From an uncultured Candidatus Rokubacteria bacterium (GTDB lineage: Bacteria > Methylomirabilota > Methylomirabilia > Rokubacteriales > CSP1-6), in the NCBI GenBank assembly GCA_963754315.1, contig CAVWFS010000015.1, positions 1-64,000 of the forward strand: a stretch of DNA of 64,000 nucleotides, in the 5' to 3' direction. The notes under the pieces were generated by a model. The model ran no database searches and had not been told where the DNA came from. It saw only the letters and a program-made list of their open reading frames with translations. Of the stretch, positions 1 to 9,711 are shown piece by piece. The first letter of the stretch is position 1. Each line of letters opens with the position of its first letter. Both the position numbers and the translations under genes were made by a program.

Positions 1-116
1 CCGAACGCGGCATGATAGAGGCGCTCGTCGGCTTTTTGGGCAGGTGCACCGGCGATCGGATGAGCGGTGATCGATCCTGAGCGGTCGCGGACATACCCGG
101 ACCGTACCCATGCGCT

Positions 117-176
117 GGCCAACAGACCGCCAGAGCGGACCGGCTGCGTCGGCCGCTCAGCAGCTTCCCGTTATCC
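117..176 (+). repeat. attC-like integron recombination site (degenerate)
   Basis: GGCCAAC-agacc-GCCAGAGC-GGAC...GCC-GCTCAGC...GTTATCC, the R''/L''/L'/R' layout of attC. Confidence 0.6.
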
Positions 177-224
177 GTACAGGGAAAGCTCGCGGCTGAG
201 CTAGCCTGTGCCAGGCGGGAGACA

Positions 225-400
225 GACTTCGGACTCAGCACTTTGTCGGATGTCTGCTCGAAGAGCAGTCCCCCATTGCGGCGAAATATTCCATCCGCGC
301 CATTCTCATAGGCCCGTCGGGCGGTCGGTGGACCTCGTGAGCGTCTGGTTCCTTTCGCGCGGCGAGGAAGTCCCTCAGTTCGTGACCGCCTACCAGGTCA
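225..400 (+). pseudogene. remnant of a small DUF6883-like protein
   Basis: Fragments in shifting frames read LRTQH...KYSIRAILIGPSG / RSVDLVSVWFLSRGEEVPQFVTAY; no intact start. Confidence 0.4.
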
Positions 401-455
401 TGAATGTGAAAACCGCGAAGGTGTGCGAGGTATCGCCAATGCGACACGGACGCTC

Positions 456-1433
456 ATGAAGAGGGCTTTCGCCATTGCGCTAGCGCTCCTGTTCCTGGCC
501 CTGCCGCTTGGCGGGCAGGCGCAACGAATGCCACGCGTTGGCATCCTGTCGATCTCCGAACGTTCACTGCTGAGCGAGCGCCACGGGGCGTTCGAGCAGG
601 GCCTCCGCGACCTGGGCTGGGTGGACGGCCAGAACCTCGTCATCGAGGCGCGTTTCGCGGAAGGAAAGGCGAATCGCCTGCCAGACCTTGCGATGGATCT
701 GGCGGCCCGGCAGGTCGACGTCGTGGTGGCGCCTAGCTCCCAAACAGTGACAGTGCTGAGGAAGGTCACCTCGACGATCCCGATCGTCATGGCCAACGTG
801 CACGATCCAGTGGGGCTCGGGTTCGTCAAGAGCCTCGCCCGCCCAGGTGGCAACGTCACCGGGCTGGCCACCCTCACCGTGGAGCTAGGCGGCAAGAGCC
901 TCGATCTGCTCAGGGAAGTCCTTCCCAAGCTCTCCCGCGTCGCCGTCCTGGTGAACCCGGCCAACCCGGCCGCGAGCCCGTTCGCGAGCGATGTCGAGAG
1001 GGCGGCCAAGTCGATCGGGGTACAGGCGGTACATTTTGAAGCCCGGAGTGTGAAGGACATCGAGATGTTCTTCCGTGAAGCAGCCAGACAGGATGCGGGT
1101 GGGGCTATCGTGTCCACTACGGAAGGCCTCTTCTTCGCCCAGCGACGGCTTATCTCCGATCTCGCGCTGCAGAATCGCCTTCCGCTCGTCTGGGCGGCCC
1201 CGGGGGACTATGCCCTGGCGGGTGGGTTATTGGCGTACGGCTCGAGCAGTAACGCCATGTTTCGGCAAGCGGCTCGTTACGTCGACAAAATCCTGAAAGG
1301 AGCGAAGCCGGCCGAGCTGCCCGTGGAGCAGCCGACTACGTTCGAGCTGTTCATCAATCTCAAGACTGCCCGGGCGCTCGGCCTCACCATCCCACCGTCG
1401 CTGCTGGCGCGAGCGGACCAGCTTGTGGAGTGA
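456..1433 (+). CDS. ABC transporter substrate-binding protein (PF04392-type)
   Basis: Signal peptide; DPVGLGFVKSLARPGGNVTG and KGAKPAELPVEQPTTFELFINLKTA motifs. Confidence 0.92.
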   Translation: MKRAFAIALALLFLALPLGGQAQRMPRVGILSISERSLLSERHGAFEQGLRDLGWVDGQNLVIEARFAEGKANRLPDLAMDLAARQVDVVVAPSSQTVTVLRKVTSTIPIVMANVHDPVGLGFVKSLARPGGNVTGLATLTVELGGKSLDLLREVLPKLSRVAVLVNPANPAASPFASDVERAAKSIGVQAVHFEARSVKDIEMFFREAARQDAGGAIVSTTEGLFFAQRRLISDLALQNRLPLVWAAPGDYALAGGLLAYGSSSNAMFRQAARYVDKILKGAKPAELPVEQPTTFELFINLKTARALGLTIPPSLLARADQLVE

Positions 1434-1458
1434 TGACGCCAGTCTCAGTCTCTCGGCC

Positions 1459-1490
1459 GCCCAACATCGCGCTTCAACGGCCCGGCGCGG
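1459..1490 (+). repeat. truncated attC-like site (left half only)
   Basis: GCCCAAC-atcgc-GCTTCAAC-GG 25 nt after the stop codon; right arm absent. Confidence 0.45.
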
Positions 1491-2466
1491 ATGACTTCGA
1501 GACGCACCTTCATCAGAACCCTCGGCCTCGGCGTGCTGGCGGTACATCGACACGCCCACGCTCAGGCGTCAGCGAAGGCTCCCCGGGTCGGCTACCTCGG
1601 CCGCAGCCCGGTCATGTCAACTGGCCTTCGTGGACGGTCTCCGAGCGCTGGGTTACGTCATCGGGGAGACCGTGCTCGTCGACGCCCGAGCCCCGCAGCA
1701 AAACACGATCGAAGAATACTCGGCTCTCGCCTCCCAGCTCGTCGCCACGGGCGTCGATGTCCTCCTCGCTGCCAACCCGCAAGCGCTGGAGGTCATGACC
1801 AAGGCGACCAAGACCATTCCGATCGTCGGAGTGGATCTCGAGTCGGATCCGGCGGCCAAGGGATGGGTGGCCAGCCTGGCCCGCCCAGGCGGCAACGTCA
1901 CGGGATTCTTCCTCGACATCCCCGAGATGAGCGGCAAGCAGCTTCAACTCCTCAAGGAGGTCAAGCCGACCCTGGCGCGGGTCGCGGTCTTAGGGGATGG
2001 GGCCGTCAATGAACTGCAATTTCGCGCCGCCGAGGGCGCCGCCCGGGGCGGAGGAATCACGCTCCAACTGCTTCCGATCAAGAGCCAGGCCGAGGTCCCC
2101 GGGGCGATCGCCGAGGCGGCACGCCAGCGCGCTGGCGCACTGCTGGTGCTCACGTCGCCGCTGCTCTTCACGAACTTGCCGCCCATCGCCGAGGCCGCGG
2201 TCAAGCACCGGCTTCCCGCGATCAATCTCTTTGTGCCGTTCTTCGCCGAGGCGGGTGGGCTTCTCGCCTATGGCCCCGACTTCCGCGATCTCTTTCGGAG
2301 CGCCGCGGGCTACGTGGACAGGATTCTCAAAGGCGCCAGGCCAGCTGATCTGCCGGTGCAGCGCCCGACCAGATTCGAGTTCATCATCAATCTGAAGACC
2401 GCGAACGCGCTGAGCTTGCAGATCCCGCAGTCGCTGCTCCTGCGAGCAGATCGCGTCATCACATGA
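1491..2466 (+). CDS. ABC substrate-binding protein (PF04392-type), Tat-like leader, frameshift near 1615
   Basis: MTSRRTFIRTLG...APRVGYL in one frame; VDGLRALGY...SLARPGGNVTG...LRADRVIT in the next. Confidence 0.85.
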
Positions 2467-2551
2467 TGGACAACCGGGCGCGCGTCAGGCACAAGGCGAC
2501 CGGATGCGCGCGCGTGCCGGGGCCTCGTCTTTACAGCCGAGTCGGTACGGC

Positions 2552-2601
2552 GTCGAACATGGCGCTCGGCGAACGGAGCCCTCGCGTAGAGTGCGTTCGG
2601 C
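2552..2601 (+). repeat. degenerate attC-like site
   Basis: GTCGAAC-atggc-GCTCGGCG...GTTCGGC; outer boxes near-complementary, inner arms eroded. Confidence 0.35.
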
Positions 2602-2680
2602 GCACTGGGAAAGCGATCGACAGTTGACGTGCCGCTATCGTTGGCACCGAGTCCGACAATCGGCTACGTCGATCGTCGAC

Positions 2681-3670
2681 GTGCTCATCCTCGCTTTCGT
2701 GTGTCTATGCGCTGCTGCCAGCTTCGTTTCCGTTGCCCTGCCAGGCGGGGTAGCCCACGCACAGGAGCACCAGGCGGGGAAGGTTTACCGGATCGGGTTC
2801 CTGCGTGCGGGCCAGCCGCCCGTGACCTACATCGAGGGTTTTCGGCAAGGCCTGCGAGAGCTGGGATATGTCGATGGCCAGAACGTGGTCGTCGAATTCC
2901 GAGCCACCGACGGCAGCTTCGATCAGCTTCCGCGGCTTGCCGAAGAGCTGCTGCGGTTGAAAGTCGATGTCATCCTGGCGTCGGCTGCGCAAGCGGCTCT
3001 GGCAGTCAAGAGAGTGACCACGTCGGTGCCGATCGTCTTCGTGGGCGTCACCGACCCGGTCGAGCTCGGGCTCGTCCCGAGCCTGGGACGCCCGGGTGGC
3101 AACATCACAGGACTGTCCACCACCTCGGCTGACTTTGCCGGCAAGCGCCTGGAGCTGCTCAGGGCGACCGTCCCCAGGCTGAGGCGAGCCGCCGTGCTCT
3201 GGCATCCGGCCAATCCGACCAACCCGATCCAGCTCAAGGGGGCGCAGGCAGCAGCGCGCACGCTGGGCGTGCAGCTTGAGCCGGTGTCGGTCCAGGGGCC
3301 AAATGATTTTGAGTCCGCCGGCAAGGCTGTGCGAGGCACAGACGGTCTGCTCATGCTGGAGAGCCCCCTGTTCACGACGCATCGCGCTCGCCTTGTAGAG
3401 TTGGCGGCCAGGACCAGGCTGCCGGCGATCTATGGCCAGAGGGAGTATGTCGAAGTCGGAGGCCTCATGTCATTTGGCACGCAGTTTCACGACCTGTACC
3501 GGCGTGCAGCCTCTTTCGTGGACAAGATCTTGAAGGGCGCAAAGCCGGCTGATCTCCCCGTCGAGCAACCCACGAAGTTCGAGTTCGTGATCAACGTGAG
3601 GACCGCCAAGACGCTCGGTCTAACGATCCCGCCGACGCTCCTGCTGCGCGCCGACGAGGTGCTCGAATGA
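2681..3670 (+). CDS. ABC substrate-binding protein (PF04392-type); start approximate
   Basis: AGKVYRIGFL, DPVELGLVPSLGRPGGNITG and KPADLPVEQPTKFEFVIN motifs. Confidence 0.9.
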   Translation: MLILAFVCLCAAASFVSVALPGGVAHAQEHQAGKVYRIGFLRAGQPPVTYIEGFRQGLRELGYVDGQNVVVEFRATDGSFDQLPRLAEELLRLKVDVILASAAQAALAVKRVTTSVPIVFVGVTDPVELGLVPSLGRPGGNITGLSTTSADFAGKRLELLRATVPRLRRAAVLWHPANPTNPIQLKGAQAAARTLGVQLEPVSVQGPNDFESAGKAVRGTDGLLMLESPLFTTHRARLVELAARTRLPAIYGQREYVEVGGLMSFGTQFHDLYRRAASFVDKILKGAKPADLPVEQPTKFEFVINVRTAKTLGLTIPPTLLLRADEVLE

Positions 3671-3757
3671 TCGCTCGGCAGACTTTGGTTCTCCTGCCTT
3701 CCGCCGTTTGAGCGTCTCACGTGGCGCGTGACGTCGCATCTTGCCGAGCGATGGGCC

Positions 3758-3811
3758 GGCGAACTTCCCAGTCGAGCGGACCCGGCGGGCCGCTCACCGC
3801 GGGCGTTATCC
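3758..3811 (+). repeat. attC integron recombination site
   Basis: GGCGAAC-5nt-AGTCGAGC-GGAC..GCC-GCTCACC-6nt-GTTATCC; L'' has the extra base; the stop of the inverted PIN gene lies in the R' box. Confidence 0.7.
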
Positions 3812-4125
3812 GCCGATGCGGTGAAGTTGCCCTGGCTTGAGTAGCGGGAGAGCCTCCAGGATAGTCGGGACGAGTGGTAGGAGATGTATCATCCGGTTGG
3901 AGGGCGCCCGCACGAGGAGCACGCCGACCGACACTGCTGCGATGTTCTGCTGGAACTCGATGCCCCGATCCATCGTTACGAGCACTTCGTACTCGGTCCC
4001 CATTCGCCGAGAAGCTCGCCGTTCGTGATGCCGGTCCAGCCACGGCCGACTATGGTATCGACACTGTGGCCTTGGAGTGCTGCGGCAAGGTCTACCGGGA
4101 GCTGCTCGTCAAGTAGAACGCGCAC
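3806..4125 (-). CDS. DUF5615 family PIN-like toxin, frameshift near 4007
   Basis: VRVLLDEQLP...GWTGITNGELL then MGTEYEVLVTMDRGIEFQQN; overlaps the DUF433 gene. Confidence 0.8.
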
Positions 4126-4333
4126 CCGCCAAGAGTGTCGCACGCGCAAGGTCGAGCGCCCCGACCGCTTGGTCGCGCTTCACGGATGGGAACTGGCGAA
4201 GAAACTCGTCCAGGGTCTCGCCGCCCTCAAGGTAGTCGAACAATGACTGGATCGGGACTCGGGTACCGACGAACACAGGGGTGCCCCCGAGGATCTTCGG
4301 GTCGCTGTGTACGATGTCTCTTAGCCGAGTCAT
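4109..4333 (-). CDS. DUF433 family antitoxin
   Basis: DPKILGGTPVFVGTRVP...LDEFLRQFPSV signature; TATACT 11 nt upstream. Confidence 0.9.
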   Translation of the reverse strand: MTRLRDIVHSDPKILGGTPVFVGTRVPIQSLFDYLEGGETLDEFLRQFPSVKRDQAVGALDLARATLLAGARST

Positions 4334-4384
4334 CCTCGTCACCGAGTATACAGGCGAACGATCCGGGCGTTGGAGGGGCAGCGT

Positions 4385-5419
4385 ATGGCTGACATGCCCA
4401 AACGAATCAAGCGCTTCTTGCGTGAGTACGCGGCCGCCGCGCACGAGGAGGAGCTTCGGCGAGCTCTACTCCCCATTTCAGAGGCGTTTGGCCGGTGGGC
4501 GAGGAGAGAACTGGGCAGTGGCGAGCTCAGCGAGATCATCCATCGATTCCACCAAGGGCCGGCAAGGGAGTTGTGGGTACGCTACAACACGCTCCATCTG
4601 GAGACGGCCGTCGCGTTTGCGATCACGACCGGCGTGCTGGGTCGCGAGACGATCCCCGCCGAGCTACTGGAGCATCTCGCTGGAGCCTTGCGATTCTACG
4701 AGGAAGAGGCGGGCGACGACATAGTGCGCTCCAGGAACCAGAGGGCGATAGCGACAGCTCAGGTCTATCAGTTCAAGCTGGCCCTGATCGGGGTGGAGCC
4801 GACTGTCTGGAGGCGAATCCAGGTACCCGAGACCTACAGCTTCTGGGACCTCCACGTCGCCCTTCAGGACGCGATGGGCTGGCTCGACTACCATCTGCAC
4901 GTCTTTCGCGTGGCCAGGCCAGGAGCGGTCGAGGTGGAGCACATCGGCATCCCGGACGACGACCCGTTCGAAGGCGAGAAGCCTATACTGCCAGGCTGGG
5001 AGATCCCCATCAGCCGCTACTTCGCGCGCGCCGGCACGAGCGCTCACTACGAGTACGACTTCGGCGACGGGTGGGAACACGAGCTGACGCTCGAGGCGGT
5101 CTTGCCGCAGCAGGCGGGCCAGAAGTATCCCCTCTGCGTCGACGGCGCCAGGGCTTGCCCACCCGAGGACTGCGGCGGCGTGTACGGCTACGAGAATCTC
5201 CTGACCGTGATCCAGGACCCCACCCACGAGGAGTACGAGAGCACCCTCGAGTGGCTCGGTGGTCGATTCGACCCCGACAGGTTCGACCCGAAGCGCGTGA
5301 AGTTCGACGACCCTGCCCGCCGCTATCGGCTCGCCTTCGAGGAGCCTCGCAAGCGGGCCCCCCGGGGACGCCGCACAACGAAGCCCGGTCGCAAGCGGTC
5401 GCGCAGGAACACCGGCTAG
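4385..5419 (+). CDS. pRiA4b ORF-3 family protein with an N-terminal hypothetical domain (possibly two genes)
   Basis: VWRRIQVP..DLHVALQDAMGWLDYHLH, YEYDFGDGWEH, ACPPEDCGG. Confidence 0.8.
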   Translation: MADMPKRIKRFLREYAAAAHEEELRRALLPISEAFGRWARRELGSGELSEIIHRFHQGPARELWVRYNTLHLETAVAFAITTGVLGRETIPAELLEHLAGALRFYEEEAGDDIVRSRNQRAIATAQVYQFKLALIGVEPTVWRRIQVPETYSFWDLHVALQDAMGWLDYHLHVFRVARPGAVEVEHIGIPDDDPFEGEKPILPGWEIPISRYFARAGTSAHYEYDFGDGWEHELTLEAVLPQQAGQKYPLCVDGARACPPEDCGGVYGYENLLTVIQDPTHEEYESTLEWLGGRFDPDRFDPKRVKFDDPARRYRLAFEEPRKRAPRGRRTTKPGRKRSRRNTG

Positions 5420-5631
5420 ACGAACCACCCGAAGTTACAGACCCCGTTGACAGCGCGGGCTCACATTCGCCGGAACTCCCCGCGCTGATTGAGAAAACGC
5501 GACGGGGGAACAGAACCCGGCTTACAGTCCTTCTCTGGCGCTTCTTCCTGTCGATGTCGAGCCTCAGCAGACGACTAGGTACTAGCCACGGTCGCCTTCG
5601 ATCGTGAGAAGGCTCGAACAGGAGAAGCATC

Positions 5632-6129
5632 ATGCCAAGGTTGCAACGGATCACGCCCTGCCTGTGGTTCGATGATCAAGCCGAAGAGGCGGCAGGGTTC
5701 TATACCGCAATCTTCAAGAACTCCCGGATCGTCCATGTCTCGCGCTACGGGGAAGCCGGGCGTGAGATCCATGGGAAGGCGCCGGGAACGGTCATGGTCG
5801 TGGCGTTCGAACTCGACGGTCACGCATTCACCGCCCTCAACGGCGGCCCCGTCTTCAAATTCAACGAAGCTATCTCGTTGCAAGTCAGCTGCGAAACGCA
5901 GGACGAAGTGGACCACTACTGGAACAGGCTTTCGGCCGGCGGCGACGAGCGAGCACAGCAGTGCGGATGGCTCAAGGACAAGTACGGCGTCTCCTGGCAG
6001 GTTGTTCCCACCGCCCTGATCGACATGCTCAATGACCCCGACTACGACAAGTCGCAGCGGGTCATGACCGCCATGCTTCAGATGAAGAAGATCGACATCG
6101 AGAAGCTGAGGCGAGCCTACGCCGGATAG
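5632..6129 (+). CDS. VOC/PhnB-like (3-demethylubiquinone-9 3-methyltransferase family) protein
   Basis: [36 protein letters not shown]. Confidence 0.92.
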   Translation: MPRLQRITPCLWFDDQAEEAAGFYTAIFKNSRIVHVSRYGEAGREIHGKAPGTVMVVAFELDGHAFTALNGGPVFKFNEAISLQVSCETQDEVDHYWNRLSAGGDERAQQCGWLKDKYGVSWQVVPTALIDMLNDPDYDKSQRVMTAMLQMKKIDIEKLRRAYAG

Positions 6130-6173
6130 GGAGGCAGCGTGACGATGGTTCTCGTCATGTCGTCGCGCTGTCG

Positions 6174-6482
6174 GTGGGCCTCTTCCTCCTGGCGGCGCTC
6201 CTCGAGATTGGCGGCGGCTACTTGGTCTGGCAGTGGTGGCGGCACGGCAGTTCCTGGATCGTGGGCGCCGCTGGCGCGCTCATGCTGGCTGTCTACGGGA
6301 TCGTGCCAACGTACCAGGCTACTCACTTCGGGCGTGTCTACGCTGCCTATGGCGGGGTGTTCGTCGTGGTGTCGATCGCCTGGGGGTGGACCGTGGACGG
6401 TGTGCGCCCAGACCGCTTCGACCTCGCGGGCGCGCTGCTCTGCCTCGCCGGCGTCGCCGTCATCATGTACTCCCCGCGGTGA
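6174..6482 (+). CDS. ynfA: YnfA family small membrane protein
   Basis: [32 protein letters not shown]. Confidence 0.88.
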   Translation: MGLFLLAALLEIGGGYLVWQWWRHGSSWIVGAAGALMLAVYGIVPTYQATHFGRVYAAYGGVFVVVSIAWGWTVDGVRPDRFDLAGALLCLAGVAVIMYSPR

Positions 6483-6550
6483 AGTCGGGGCGCCTTCGCA
6501 CGCAGGCCGGGCGGCGCGACCGCCCGCTGAACGGCCCCCGGCCAGCCTGC

Positions 6551-7165
6551 TTACCGCTGAACACCCAGCAGGGCGAGGGTCTGCGCGAGGGTGCGGACGC
6601 GCGCGTACATCTTCATGGCCTTGTCCAGACTGTAGGCGTGGGCCTCGGAATCACTGCTCCAGCAGCACTCGCGCACCACGATGGTGTTCAGATCCATGCT
6701 GAACGCTTCGCGCACGCTGGTCTCGACGCCGCGATTGGTGGCGCCGCCGCCGATCAGGATCGTATCGCGCTTGAGCATGCGCAGCAGATCAGCGACGCCG
6801 GTGCCGTAGAAAGCGCTCGGACGGCGCTTGAGAAACACGTAGTCCTCTGCGCGGGGGGCGATCTCGTCGGGGAAGCCGGCCTCGCGGCTGCCCTCCACGC
6901 AATTCGTGAGGGAGGGCACACCGCTCTCCGTGCTGAGGTCGGTCGGCAGCAGGGTGACATCGGCGCCGTCGGCGCGGCTGACCGGCGTGGTGTAGATCAC
7001 GGGCACCCGTAACGGTCGGCAGGCCTCGATGAGCCGGACGTAGGCGTCGAGGACCGGTCGCATGCGCTGGCGTCGCTCGGGATCGGTCGGGGTCAGGTGC
7101 CGCCAGCAGGCGTCGTAGGCGATGAAGGCGGTCCGGTGGGGGTCGATCCGTTCCTGGTCCGTCAT
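6551..7165 (-). CDS. isochorismatase/cysteine hydrolase family protein
   Basis: KRRPSAFYGT and GGATNRGVETSVREA; nucleophile position is Gly (YecD-like). Confidence 0.85.
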   Translation of the reverse strand: MTDQERIDPHRTAFIAYDACWRHLTPTDPERRQRMRPVLDAYVRLIEACRPLRVPVIYTTPVSRADGADVTLLPTDLSTESGVPSLTNCVEGSREAGFPDEIAPRAEDYVFLKRRPSAFYGTGVADLLRMLKRDTILIGGGATNRGVETSVREAFSMDLNTIVVRECCWSSDSEAHAYSLDKAMKMYARVRTLAQTLALLGVQR

Positions 7166-7211
7166 GGTGCTATCCTAACGCCATCAACTATTCCATCGTG
7201 AGGTGTGCGTC

Positions 7212-7904
7212 ATGCTCTACGAACTGCGTCGCTATGATGTCGCCGCCAGCAAGCTGCCGGCTCTGCTCGACCGCTTCGGCAGCTTCACGGTGAACAAGTG
7301 GAAGGACTACGGCTTCCGCCTGGTCGGCTTCTGGACGCCGATGCTCGGCGAGAAGAGCAACCAGATCGTCTACATCTGGGGCTGGGAGAGCTACGAGGAG
7401 CGAACGCGCAAGAACGCCGCCTGGCGGGCCGATCCCGAACGAGCCAAGAAATGGGCAGAGACCGAGAAGGACGGCCCGCTGGTCAACCGTGTCTACAACC
7501 AGCTCATGGAGCCTACCTCGTACTCACAGATCGATCGGGGCGAGGCCTACGGCCCGGATCCGGCCACGCGGCGCCCGTATCTGTTCGAGTTGCGCGAATA
7601 CCAGGCCATGCCGCAGAAGATCACCAACATCACCGATCGCTTCGGCCGCTTCACCTGCGAGGCCTTCAAGAAGCACGGCTTCCGTCAGGTCGGCTACTGG
7701 CTGAACCGCATGGGCGGCAACGATCATCAGCTCATCTATCTGCTGGCCTGGGAGAGCCTGGACGAGCGCGTCAGCAAGTTCGACATCTTCGCCAAGGATC
7801 CGGAGCGGGCCCGCGTGTTTGCGGAGAGTGAGAAGAACGGCCCCATCGTGCAGCAGGTGACCACCACCATCCTGCGGCCGACCGCCTTCTCGCCGATGCA
7901 GTAG
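7212..7904 (+). CDS. tandem NIPSNAP-domain protein
   Basis: Two repeats of (Y/F)ELR.Y...VG(F/Y)W...WES..ER. Confidence 0.85.
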   Translation: MLYELRRYDVAASKLPALLDRFGSFTVNKWKDYGFRLVGFWTPMLGEKSNQIVYIWGWESYEERTRKNAAWRADPERAKKWAETEKDGPLVNRVYNQLMEPTSYSQIDRGEAYGPDPATRRPYLFELREYQAMPQKITNITDRFGRFTCEAFKKHGFRQVGYWLNRMGGNDHQLIYLLAWESLDERVSKFDIFAKDPERARVFAESEKNGPIVQQVTTTILRPTAFSPMQ

Positions 7905-8243
7905 CTAGAACACGTCGTCGCGGTGGCCGCTCTCGAAGTCGTGGGTCCGCTCGGCGAGAGCGCCGGGGGCGAGCAGGCCCTTGTCGACGAGCAGACGCTC
8001 GAAGGCGTGGAGCCACCGCTCGTAGTAGCTCGACGGCTCGCCCTCGCGCTCCGCCTGGGCGATCTCGGCGATCAGCTGGGCCTGGAAGTCGCGCCAGGCG
8101 AAGCGGGCTTCGTGGCTCATCGCCACCGTCATGCCGAAGATGCGGCCCTGCCATGCCTCGTCGAAGACCAGCTCCCCGTTCTTGCGAGGCAGGGCTGCGG
8201 CGCCGGTCATGTCGGCGACCTCCCGGCTGGGGACGGGATCCAT
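7905..8243 (-). CDS. nitrile hydratase accessory (P14K-like) protein
   Basis: LPRKNGELVFDEAWQGRIFGM, YYERWLHAFE; follows the alpha subunit. Confidence 0.88.
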   Translation of the reverse strand: MDPVPSREVADMTGAAALPRKNGELVFDEAWQGRIFGMTVAMSHEARFAWRDFQAQLIAEIAQAEREGEPSSYYERWLHAFERLLVDKGLLAPGALAERTHDFESGHRDDVF

Positions 8244-8257
8244 CGCGACGCCGTCCG

Positions 8258-8905
8258 TCAGCCTGACACGGGCGCCGGAGACCTCGCCAGCGCCACACCG
8301 ATCATCGAGTCGCGGGTGACCAGCTCCGCCAGCTCGGCCTCGCTCAGGCCTTGGGTTCCGGGGGGGCGCTCGGGCAGCACCAGGTAGCGCAACTCGGCGC
8401 TCGAGTCCCAGATGCGGATCTCCACATCGTCGGCGAGGTCGACGCCGAACTCCCGCAGCACCACCCGCGGCTCGCGCACCGCCCGCGAGCGGTACTCGAA
8501 GGACTTGTACCACACCGGCGGGAGCCCGATGAGGGCGTGCGGATAGCAGGAGCAGAGCGTGCACACGACAAGGTTGTGCACGGCAGCTGTGTTCTCGACC
8601 ACCTGCAGATCGACGCCGCCGAAGCCCAGCTCCTCGATGGCGGCCGTCCCGTCGGCCAGAAGCCGCTGCCGGTAGGCGGGATCGACCCAGGCCCGTGCGA
8701 CGACCTTGGCCCCGTTGTGCGGGCCAATGTCTTCCTCGTACGCGCTGACGATGCGGTCGACGGCCTCGCTGGAGACCAGCTTCTTCTCTACCAGCAACGA
8801 CTCGAGTGCGCGCACGCGTAGCGAGAGGAGCGACTCCGGCTCGCGATGGTGGTGTCCGTGGTCGTGATCGTGGTGATGATCGTGGTCGTGGGAAGAGCCG
8901 CTCAT
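8258..8905 (-). CDS. nthA: cobalt-type nitrile hydratase alpha subunit
   Basis: [10 protein letters not shown] metal motif (T/Y indicates Co-type), [12 protein letters not shown], His-rich N-terminus. Confidence 0.95.
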   Translation of the reverse strand: MSGSSHDHDHHHDHDHGHHHREPESLLSLRVRALESLLVEKKLVSSEAVDRIVSAYEEDIGPHNGAKVVARAWVDPAYRQRLLADGTAAIEELGFGGVDLQVVENTAAVHNLVVCTLCSCYPHALIGLPPVWYKSFEYRSRAVREPRVVLREFGVDLADDVEIRIWDSSAELRYLVLPERPPGTQGLSEAELAELVTRDSMIGVALARSPAPVSG

Positions 8906-9594
8906 GATTGGCTCCCTGCGGGAGACACCGGCTCGAGATAGCGCTCCCAGAGATCGAGGTGAACGGGCGCCTGCGGCTCGGCCGAGCTCCCCCACAGCTC
9001 GGCCGCCTCGAAGCGGACGCTGTAGAGCGGGTGGGGTTGCTCGCCCTGCCCGTGGGCGTTGGTATCGGGAAAGATGTACGAGCCGTGCACACGCGCGATG
9101 ACGCCGCGCTTGCTCCGCGCGTAGCGCGGCAGCCGCGTGTGGCCTGGGGGGGCGTCGTGTCGCGTGAGGACACCCTCGCCGAGGCCGAAGCGCGGCAGCG
9201 GCCCTGGCTGACGGTAGGGCGTGCGCTCCGTCAGCATTTCCAGCATGCGCGCGCACAGTTTCGGGTCCGAATGAGGCGGGGCCGGGTCGGACCCCTGGGC
9301 CAGCTGCGCCATGCGACGCTCCAGCTCCTCGCGCGTGATCACGCCCTTCTCGACGAGCAGCCGCACGTTACGGTCGAGCCAGCGCTCGTAGTAGCTCGAG
9401 GCCAGGTAGTTGGCGGGCGCCATTCGCTCGATCGCATGGCGACTCTCGTCGATGTTGAACAGATGCCGGGCGCTGCAGGCCCGACTGAGCCCGAGGACTC
9501 GGGCTTCCCACGCCGCGTGAAAGACCGGCTCGTCCTGCTCGCGCTCCACGCGTCCGAAGCCGTGCATGCCGCCCATGTCGTGGATGCCGTTCAT
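8902..9594 (-). CDS. nthB: nitrile hydratase beta subunit
   Basis: [41 protein letters not shown] overlap with alpha. Confidence 0.95.
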   Translation of the reverse strand: MNGIHDMGGMHGFGRVEREQDEPVFHAAWEARVLGLSRACSARHLFNIDESRHAIERMAPANYLASSYYERWLDRNVRLLVEKGVITREELERRMAQLAQGSDPAPPHSDPKLCARMLEMLTERTPYRQPGPLPRFGLGEGVLTRHDAPPGHTRLPRYARSKRGVIARVHGSYIFPDTNAHGQGEQPHPLYSVRFEAAELWGSSAEPQAPVHLDLWERYLEPVSPAGSQS

Positions 9595-9711
9595 ACGCGC
9601 CTACCCTCGCCGGGCACTGTGCAACCTACCAGTACCCCTGTCAAGGAACGCCCTCCGGTGGGAGTGGACTCATAGGATACTACTGGCGCCCCGGGCAAGG
9701 AGAGGACAACC

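Noticed and set aside
5419..5452. Another attC site after the ORF-3 gene (GACGAAC...GTTGACA)
   Set aside because: Too short and lacks complementary inner arms.
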